A stretch of 64,000 nucleotides of DNA from Tubiluchus corallicola (taxonomy: Eukaryota; Animalia; Priapulida), in assembly GCA_030141605.1 (NCBI GenBank), contig JAQGDQ010000183.1, forward strand, positions 300,241-364,240. The letters run 5' to 3'. The notes beneath the pieces were generated by a model, which saw nothing but the letters and a program-made list of their open reading frames with translations, did not search any database and had not been told where the DNA came from. Numbering within the stretch: position 1 is the first letter of the stretch; each line of letters opens with the position of its first letter. Positions 12,901 to 24,300 of the stretch are shown here, in pieces. Position numbers and translations under genes: made by a program.

Positions 12901-15900
12901 GTTGTGTACACTTAGAACTCTCCTATCTGAAAGGTAAGAAAAGTTGTGAACACTTAGAACTCTCCTATCTTAAATGTAAGAAAAGTTGTGCACACTTAGA
13001 ACTCTCCTATCTGAAAGGTAAGAAAAGCTGTGTACACTTAGAACTCTCCTATCTGAAAGGTAAGAAAAGTTGTGCACATTTAGAACTCTCCTATCTGAAA
13101 GGTAAGAAAAGTTGTGCACACTTAGAACTCTCCTATCTTAAATGTAAGAAAAGTTGTGCACACTTAGAACTCTCCTATCTTAAATGTAAGAAAAGTTGTG
13201 TACACTTAGAACTCTCCTATCTTAAATGTAAGAAAAGTTGTGTACACTTAGAACTCTCCTATCTTAAATGTAAGAAAAGTTGTGTACACTTAGAACTCTC
13301 CTATCTGAAAGGTAAGAAAAGTTGTGTACACTTAGAACTCTCCTATCTTAAATGTAAGAAAAGTTGTGCACACTTGCAACTCTCCTATCTGAAAGGTAAG
13401 AAAAGTTGTGTACACTTAGAACTCTCCTATCTGAAAGGTAAGAAAAGTTGTGAACACTTAGAACTCTCCCATATGAAGTGTAAAATACATACCACCTGCT
13501 ATAGTAGTAATGAATGAAGCTTTGCTTTTATCACTCCAGCCAACTTTGTTGTTGTATCTCACAGTGAACGTGTAATTAGTAAAGAATTCCAATTTCTTCA
13601 CTTCATATTCTGTTCTAGTGCCTGCTTCCACAAAACCGGGCTTTGCGCTTGAGTCCTCTTCATTTCTGTACTCGATGCGGTAAATAATTTCTTTATCACA
13701 GTTTGCATCTTCTTCTGAGGGCTTCTGCACAGCAATAAAAACTCTAACAGGTCAGAATGCCAAGTAGCGACGACATTAAAATGCCTTCAAAAATTCTTAG
13801 TCAAAATGCTGAACGAAACCCATGCCTCTTACTAATACATGAAATGACACAAAACCAACTAACAAAATCACTGTCGTGAAGCTCACGATTTCTTGATTTT
13901 ATTTTTTATTTATTATGTCATATTATTACATTCTCTGGTTAAAACATTAAAAAATCCCACACACGAAATTTCAGCTGTAAAATAAGTCTATTTCTTCATA
14001 TACAGTCTAAACTTCCATCCTTGAACTAGTATGCATAACATTTACCTTTCATTGAATAGCTGGCTTCCTTGCTTCATAGAAAACTTACCTGGTCAGTTGG
14101 CTGTCAGAGATCGTTGTATAAGCATGTGTTGTTAATGATTTATAAATTAACTCACCTGTATTCTACGTATGCTGATGTCTTAGCAATTTACCTTCAGAAA
14201 TTCTTCATAATCACCATGCTCTGTTCATACTGTATGATTAACCCGTTTAATTAGTGTGTTTACAAACATAAGACTACAATGCAAATGGCTTCAACTGTTG
14301 ACTGTTTCCGTGTTGACAAACAATCAGAACAACACACAAATCTTACAAAAGTTCAAAATGCAACTTCAGTCCAAGTATCAAAAGAACCCGATTTGTTTCT
14401 ACATAGTTTTACCTCAAATTTCACGTTGACTACGGCATGTTGATTGTCATCTGATTTCCTTGTACTCAGCTGTGGTGGGCTCACCGAATGTAATGGTTCT
14501 AAAATGAAAAGGACCTTAATTTGCAGACAGACACAGCAGTAGCATAATTGAAGTGTTAATTTACTGAACGTACGGGAATATACAGAGTCCGTCCAGAAAT
14601 GGATACGCCCTTCAGGAAAGGAAAAATCTCTATAAATATTTAATCCTTTTAAGTACTTCTATAAATGTAAATTCCTCTTTCAATGTTTTATCAAATTGCG
14701 ATAACAATGTTTACTGTAGTAGGATATTTTCTCAACAGATGGCATTATCATCTTAAGACTACCGTCAAGCTGAGTTACGATGGCAATACTTGTTTTCTGT
14801 ACAGAAACTTATTTGAGTTTACTTACCACCACAAGCAGTAGTGAACTTTAAGGGAAATGACTTCCGGCCTTCTCTTCCTCCAGTCTTCACGGCCACAGCA
14901 GTGGTGTATGACACGCCAAGCTTCAAGTTTCTAAGAATGCATTCATAGACTTGCTTGTACTGATCATAAGGCATTGTACAGCCATCTACTGCTTCCCATG
15001 CTGGCTGCTCACTCATCCCGGACTCTGAGATGTATACCCTGAACCCAGCAGGATTAGGCAGCTGGGAATACAAAATGTTGTTGTTTTTTATAGTCTGACA
15101 CAACTGAAATCATGTAGCATTGATTACTGCTGTTTTGCAATATTGATCAATTAACTTATGCTTTCTATTTATCAAAATCAGAAGAAATAGATTCAAGCAT
15201 TATAAGTTTTACATGTCAAATGTAGACCTGCGTTAACTCAAATGTAGACTTAGGTAGTTCAAATGTGTCTTGCTAACTCCAATGTAGACTTAGGTAGTTC
15301 AAATGTGACATTGGTATCTCAAATGTGGATAGGTGGTAAAGTTTAAGCATGTTAAATTTAATCTCCTTTAATCTTAATTTAATAATTGCTGTGAAAATAA
15401 TAACTTTATAGGTCTACTAATAGTTCACTAATATTCTGCAAACTTTACATACCATTGGAACTGTTAGAGAAAACAATACATTCTTAAAATAAACAATGTT
15501 TCTTGAGAGAAACTAATTCATTAATGCAGTGCTAATGCATTACTTAAAAAACTAATTAGTGATTCACTTTTCATTGGGAAGTGGGAACCAATTTATTCTT
15601 TTCTACCGACGTTGCGGTTTATCAAAGAATTTAGTTTGAGCATAAACAACGCATATTTCAAAGTTATGAAAGAGGTGATGACTATCTTTGGTTTATCTTT
15701 TTGTAATTTGCACTTAAATGAGTTAATTACCGATTTATTCAAAGCAACACATCTACATTTGACTTACCTAAGTCACATTTGAGTTACCAAAACACATTCG
15801 AAATTCCTATGTCCACATTTGACTTACCTAAGTCACATTTGAACTTTCCTGTGTCTACATTTGACGTGTAAAACCTATAGTACCAACAATACAAACTGAG

Positions 15901-18900
15901 AACAAGATTAAGTTGCAGCTATGAGTGTACGTAAAACTTCTGTCTTTTAAAACATGCACCTTCTATTTACTTCGCAGAAATGCTCCTTTTAAAGCACCGC
16001 AATTGCTTTTTTATAGTTTTACACAGGACAAAAACATAATACGAATCGTAAAATAATTTACTCTAATAATTATTTCATTTTTCCATGTCATTTTAGCAAA
16101 AAATGCACCAAGTTCAGCTACGATGGGTTTCTCTTTCAAATAAGGATATGCTGAAACAAAGTAGAAAGATCTTCTATCAGGTATAAATCATTACGAACAT
16201 ATCATACTAAACAGTATCAACGCATTACTGCATTCAGTCATCTCTAAAGCTTACCATACGTAATCTTTTACAAGAAAACAAACTGATGTAAACTAGGAAT
16301 GAGTAGAACTACAGTGGAACCTCAACTTACGAAAACCCTATTATACAAACAATTCAGAATACGAATCGGGCTTCGAAGAAATTTCCGTCCCATTTAACGA
16401 AAAGGTATTCAAGATACGCGGTCCTCCCAGAATGCATTTCGTAGCATCTCGTGAACGCTTTGTTGTGCGCAACACGTGAGCGCTTCAAAAGATAAAGTGT
16501 CATTATTCGTAAGAACATCTATTATCATTTTTCATTGATTTTATTATTTTCTCATTGTTTTTTAACATTTATGTAAATGATTATGTTGTTATTAATGAAC
16601 ATATTTCTTTCGAGTGGGGACAACATTTACACCGTTTTCGGGGAGTGGGAACACACCATTTATAGGGTAAATCTTGTCTCATAATACGAAGATTCTGAGA
16701 TACGAAAGGCCCTCCAGAACAAATTAATTTTGTATCTCGAGGTATCACTGTAGTCATAGTAGACCAATTTTTTTAAGTCATAAGTCATTTATTTCACATT
16801 ACACATTTACAATGGTTACATATACAATATCTAGTGAAAGGGCCTACAATGAACGTAATACAAATAAGAAATACTGCACAGGAAAAGCCTCAAACACTGT
16901 TCACTTATACACGAAGGTAAATGTGTTGCGGACAATCAGAAAGCAGGGCTTGTTAGATTGTCCCACACAGTGATAGAAATCGTGAGATGGCCACTCAAAT
17001 GACATTCACAGCAATTTAATCGTCAAGTACAAAACTACACTTTCACTCTCAATTACTCAGCTAAACTACAATCCAAATCGGAAATAACAAAAAATACCAA
17101 AACTGAGTATTTTACATACCGTTGTTAGTTTGATAAACGCTATAATGCTCTCTTCCACCGCAGAAGTCAAAACTGTTTATCGTAGAACTTCTGCCAGTAA
17201 ATGACACTCCACAAGCAACATCACAGTTTGTGTCATCAACTTCTGAAGTAAACACCGTTTCCATTCCACATTTGCATTCATTATAGCGAGTCAAAACAGC
17301 AAACAGGAATCCTACAACATTCAAAACACTTGAAAATTTAAAACTCAATCAGAACTCTGTAAAGACTTATAAAACCAATTAAGACTTGCAAACAAAGTAT
17401 CTAGCAACTACAAATTATATGTTTATGCTTATCACAATGTTATTAGCTGTAGTTACCTTCTGAATTGCAATAAGAAACACACATCCTTGAAGACATAGTC
17501 TGCAATTGAAGGGTACTAGACTCATCCAGGAAATAATTCTGTCCTGCTGGATAACATCCACTACCAAGTTTTGTTCCAGCTAAAGGCACTAAACATTCCA
17601 CAAAACATTGTACTGTTTAAAAATTCAAAAATAGAGTTTTTTACTCAGTGTATATACAATTAGGTAAAATGTCAAAATAAATTATGTGCAGGGATGAGAA
17701 TGACAAATTGCAAAAAATTTTGAAACAGGCCGGGGGTTTGGGGGCCGCATAACCAGCAACAAATTGCAATTTTGTGATCATAGAGAGCCTCTAAGTGGAC
17801 TTAAAATATCAGTTACCTTGTTTCATGCATAATTTAAAATACTCAACTATCAAGGATACATGATACCTAATTGTATCAAAAACGTCTAAGTACTGGCCGC
17901 TCCTGTGCAAAAGTATATAAAAACTGCCTGCAATTGACTCAACTAACTCAGCACAATTGATTCTATATTTTTATACATAGAGATCTACACGTGGTTACAC
18001 TGATGTACGTGATGTCAACAAAGTGACGGCCTGCCACCTAGCAGTCAGCTTGTGAAATAATGTCGGGTAATAAGGTCCGTAAAAATTTTCTCAACGAATT
18101 TACGCGATTTACAAAAATAGCACTACTGGTCTTCCAAAAACTCGGAATTCCGTGTATCCGTGGAAAATTCTCATCCCTGTTTGTGTTTACAAGAGCACAT
18201 CAACAAGTTGTTTTCAATTTTTTGTACTTGTTTGAAGAACTGCTCAGTTTTGGCTGTGGCCTCATGCGCACCTAAGAGTGAAGTTAGCGAATGATGCATT
18301 CAAACACGTATACTCCGAATAAGCCAATTAAACAAGGCGATAGGTATCGCATGTACCTCAAACGCACTCGCATTTAAAATAAAACATCGTGTAATTAAAA
18401 TCAAACTCTGATGCAAACAACCAACACAAGCCATTTTATGGTTGACTCGCTTTAACAAAAGGAAGCGAGTTCTGTTAACAAATTAATGTTCAATATTTAA
18501 GACAAACTAACACAGCATAAACTTCTAATTCAGCAAAAATAAATTGCACTGTACATTGCCTCTACTGCTGGTGCATGCTGGGATTGCGTGTCTCTGGCAA
18601 CATGGCAGCTTCCCTTTCACTGATATAGGTTATTTAAATGCAAAGAATTCTCTTTTTTACTAACACCAGCCTTAAAAGCAAGTAAGAGTGATGCTAAATC
18701 GATATAACATCGTTATTGCTGTATTTTTAGTGTCATTTTCCCCGGTCATGTGCAGTAATATGTTCATCTGTTGCAGTTTACTTAAATACGAATTGTAATG
18801 ACAAACAAACAACTATGCACAAAAAAAAATGAAAAAAACTATGATTTAATTAATATGGCCGTGGATACATGAATTCTGAATTAGTGTGTATGTTGTCGTG

Positions 18901-21290
18901 CTGGTGTGATGGTGTTTCATATCTGGTTAATATTAGTGATTTCAATTTTGTTTTAAATGCTGATAGGGACTTGATTTGTTTAACCTGTAATGGTAGAGAA
19001 TTCCAAAGTAGAATTGCTCGTAACTATCAGCCATTTATACAGCACCGTATGCACTGAAGCACTTAATAATATCAATTGTGAATGATCGTTTTCCTATTGT
19101 TGCATAAATTGTCTGACTTTATCGTTTGAAATAATTTATGGTAGCGTCTAAAAACAGTTTATCATTATAGTGTCGTTGAAAAATGTATCATATCGTTATT
19201 GCATCGCCAAATTTGTATCGTTAAAACAAACTTACAAGAAGTAGGATATACTTCTAGAGCCCATCCACCACCACATGTTTTACATAGCGAGTCGTACAAA
19301 TTGCACGTCTCTCCGTTACTGCCACATCTTCTGTTACATGGATTTTTAGCGGGTAAGTGGCGTCCATAAGTATGTCCACAGTAACATCCACCTCCGTGCT
19401 CTAATCCAGCAAATGGGAAACTTTGCCTTGCGCAGTAATCCTTGCAAGTCTCTGGATTATTAACATTTCCACTTCTTTGATCTGGCATGTCTCTTGGTCC
19501 TGCATCCCCATGTCTATTACGATCTTTGTCTTCCCAACAACCCAAATTGTCCGTCAGGATATTAAATTCTGGAACATAATACAATAACATCCAGCCTGTA
19601 ATGCAACATGCTTACTATACATGTATTATAACATGTAAACGTCGACTATGAAAATCGTACTTACAAAACAGTAAACTTGATCAATTCTTCTACTTCAAAT
19701 TAATCAAGAAATATCTGCAAATTTACGAGAGCACTGTCCTGTACCATTCTCCCCTACCATAACGTCCTGAAAACACTTCTCCTGTAGCTGTATCTTTACA
19801 CCAATCTCTACTACAGTGCAGAAACCAAAACCAATGCAAGTGGCATAGCTAAGGCGGTGGAGGGGAATACAGAGCATCGACTGTGCCACAAGCTCTAGAT
19901 ACGCCACTGTTAAGTAATAGTTAGGTGTGCATATAATTGACAAACTGTTTCGTTTTTAACCTTGACAAAGTTGTCTTGTTTTGCATAAAAGTGGCATTTA
20001 TTATTCTCTTGACTTTTAGCACTTCAACAGCAATAGCCAATCAATCACTCAATGCATATTATTGAAAAAAAAAGAAACAGTATAGGTAAAAAAACGTTGA
20101 TGAAGTCAAATTAACCAAATAAAAGAGTTGCAGTATGACACATTGAAAGCTTGGCTTGTTAGGGTGGCAGAAATGAGTGAATGAAAGAATGGTTAGGGTC
20201 AGAAGAAATGATGGAATGGAAAAAAATAGTAAGATTAGGGATAGGAAGAAGGAAAAGAGGAGAAGAAACGACCACAGTGTATGTTTAATTTACATAGAGC
20301 TATATTAAAATAGCATTATAATTGATTGGAGGCCATATATTGCGACTGCATGAGACATGGAACCACTAAAATTGTATTATAAGTATGAATCAAAAATGGT
20401 CCTTTTCACGTACTTTTTGAAACTAAAAATAGTTTTGTGTATTTTTACTTGGGTACTTATTTTATTCCAGTTATTGGGGGCTGTGAATTTAATAAAGTGC
20501 CTGGCACTATTAGTACGACAGTAAGGGACATGATATTCATTGAACCTTGTAAAGTAATGTTTAGGATTTGCTGTAATGGGATTTGCAAAGGAAGTGGGAA
20601 ACAAGTTGTAGTATGTCTTATATATACAAGTGATATATAAACAAGTCTTCGAGAATTATTATATCACATTCAGTAATACTATGGTTGCTTACTCTCTGTA
20701 TAGTACACGGAGACGGCATTTTCTCCCGGACAAATTAAGTCAATTCCATCACATGGTTTACAGTTCGTTGAAAACCTGTCATACGGATATCCATTGCCAC
20801 ATCTGCAGACGTAGTTGCCATTAGCGTCATTGGAGATACTGCCGAAATAATAGCCTGCATCTCTGCATAATGTTCTACACTGAACGTGCAATTTGGGTTG
20901 ATCTAGAACTTTCTTCACAGGAAAATAAGACTCAGGTGCATAATACTGGAAGCATCCTTTATGATACCAGTAGTGGGGAGCTAAAAGAAAAACCATATTC
21001 AGCTTGTTACTGTCACTAAATTTAAAATCAAGTTCGACCAGATGGTTTAGTCTAGTGGTAATGCATCTGCTTTCCGTCTGGGAGGTCAAGAGTTCGAACC
21101 AGCGGCCAGGGCATACCAAAGACTTTAAAAATGGTACCTGCTGTTACCCTGCCTGACGCGTAGTATTTTATTGTAAAAGTGGGGTAATAATAGTCTCTGT
21201 TATGTAGTTGTAAGTTGTTATTTACAGTCGGCGATAATAGCTCTTTGAGCTAATGTTAATTGTTGACCCAAAAGCCGACTTTAAATGAAG

Positions 21291-21343
<53 letters not shown>

Positions 21344-24300
21344 TACAACAATATTAAATTGGAAATAGGAAGATGATCGACTTGACGAATTTTTATTTTA
21401 TTACACAAATGCAAATTATGAAAACTTCAAAAAATTCAAGCATGAGAGTACTACTGCATTATAATTCAATGATATTACAACTTAACACAGTACAAATAAT
21501 TTCATGCTTTTCCAATTTTGGATTTTAACAAACAATTTTGGATTTGATACGATTTTCGTAGTTTGATGTTCAGTGCAGTGCACGAAAGCGAGACAGGATT
21601 GTTATTAGGATTTTTAACACTCTTAGTGAAAACTTGCAGACAGACAGAGCTTCTCTTACAAACACCAGTAGCTTAGGGGTCAAATTTAAACTAAAAACAA
21701 GCTTTCTTCAATAAAACGACCTAATTGCAACCTACAGGGATGAGAATGACAAATTGCAAAAAACTCTGAAACAGGTCGGGGGGTTCAAAGGGGCAAAGCC
21801 CTCTTGCAGCTAGCAACAAATTGCAGTTTTGTGACTTAAAATATCAATTACCTTGTTTCATGCATAATTTAAAATGCCCAACTATCAAGGATACATCATA
21901 CCTAATTGTCTCAAAAACGCCTAAGTACTGGCCGCTCCTATGCAAAAGTATGTAAAAACTGTCTGCAATTGACTCAAATAACTCCGCACAATTGATTCTA
22001 TATTTTTATACATAAAGAACTACATGTGGTTACACTGATGTAAACAAAATGACGGCCTGCCAACTAGCGGTCAGCTTGTGAAATAATGTACTGGGTCCGT
22101 AAAAATTTTCTCAACGAATTTACAAGATTTACAAAAATGGCACTACTGGTCTTCCAAAAACTCGGAATTCCGCGTATCCACGAAAAATTCTCATCCCTGC
22201 TCTTAGTGAAAACCTGCAGATAGACAGAGCTTCTCATACAAACATCAGTAGCTTAGGGGTCAAATTTAAACTAAAAACAAGCTTTCTTCAATAAAAACAC
22301 CTATTTGCAACATAATATTTGACACTAATTTTACTAAATTTCATGGCTTCCTTCCTAATGAAATTGGGCATCAAATATCAAAGCATACACTCTTTCCCCA
22401 AAAAATTTTGTTCAGATTTGCTTCTGAAACTTACCCATTTTTTATGTAGGACTACATGTATTTAACTACACATGATCAGGAGAAAACTTTAACAAGTTGC
22501 AACGTGTAAACTTCCATTAAGCAAACCAAAGGTAATGCAACTTCATATTAAATAAATCATGCAGTATTAAAAATGAAAAAATTGAATTGTTAATCGAAAT
22601 AGCAGGCCGTTTTTTCGATTAAGTTTAGATTTTCGGTAATTACTGAATGATCCGATTATTGAGAAGTAACGATTTGCACTCTAGGATTGTAAAGCAATAG
22701 ATTTAGCAGGAGGACAGCAAAACCTCATAGGTTACCATATTGTCTGAGTTGAAAAAGAGGACACTTTTTCGCAAACTTGTAAGTAGGCAAAAATGATCAG
22801 TCTAGGGTCTATTAAAACAATGCAAAATAAAATGCAAATTATACAAATAGGCCTACATGTATTCTAATAGCAATACCAAATGGCTATACTGCAAAAAAAC
22901 ATTAACACACTGCAACTGTCAGTCGCCTGCTTCTTCTTGGCTCTCAGAAACATTTTGGCTCTCAGGAATCGTGTTTTGAGATGTTAGCAACATCTTGTAT
23001 TGAAAATTAACGAGCTTTTCTTTGTCTCGTACTGTCGTACTCCTCTGCAGTTGGCAACGTCCGTACATACTTACGGATTGAGGCAAAACCCGGATAAACT
23101 GCCAATTTTTTGAAAACCCGCCCGGACAGCGGTCCAAAAAGAGGACGTGTCCGGGGAAACCCGGACTTATGGTAACCCTGTCTCTAATGCCACAACAAAA
23201 GTAAACACAGACAATGTACTTTTGTTGAAGTTATAAATACTGAACTGTCCAAAGCTTCAAAATAACAGCATTAGTATTACTCCATCATGATGGAAAAATC
23301 AGTAATGACAATTATAAGATAGCAATAACTACCTAATAAACAATAGAAAATGTGAAAGAAAAAAACAGAAAGCTATCAATTGCTGTTGTTGCTACCTTTA
23401 GACATTTTTCCATCAAGATGAGCAAACTTACTCTGAAACATCGGATAGTACCCTATTTATAATCACTGCAAAAATGCATGATGTCAGCATCCAGATGTCG
23501 GCACTGGATAATCTTTTGATGCATATGTCTGAAGACAAACTGATTGTTAAATTAAAAAAACAACTGAGCTTAAGAAATTGTTACCTACTGTACACTTGCA
23601 ATAATTTATTTTTTCAACAACAATCTAAGTAATATTAAAACTGACAAATCAAGTTTTACTATAAAATTACTCCTTGAAAATTTGATGTCATAGCAAAATT
23701 TTCTTCTGTGAAAGCAAAATAATTTTTTAAAAAAGATCTTCAGAATTACCTCCAATGTCATATACAGCAACAGCATTGTCATTCTCACTACAGAAACCAC
23801 CACCAGAACATCTAAGACAAGGTAACTCAGCAGCACCTGTTTTGCTCCATTTTTCACCACAATAACAATTATTGATAGAATCTGGTTTTCCAAGGAATGC
23901 GTAGTAACTTAGCCACCTTAAATCATTCGGTGATTTTCTTCGTGATTTCTTAGAATTGTATTCTCGACACTTTTCAATGCAGTTGTCTGCTGAAGTCACT
24001 TCACCAAAATCTTCTTCTAAGCTTGTGAATGTAGTAGCGTCTTTGAAGTGCCAACAACCTCTAAATTCTACACGCTCACCATGCCACACTGAAATAATCA
24101 ACTTTATTTCAAATTGGCTGGCAATTAACAATATTATTAATTAGATTATGACTATAAATGCCAGAATCTAATTAATTTTAGATCATTTTCCTAGACATTT
24201 TAAAACAAGTAAAAAAAATGCCAGAACATTTTTGTAACATATTATTAAAACTTACAGCAAATGCTCTATGTTGTAAACTCACCATTTTCAATGCTAACTA

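Noticed and set aside
8985-13485. CRISPR-like appearance of the regular arrays
   Set aside because: Units are head-to-tail with no unique spacers, the context is eukaryotic and there are no cas genes.
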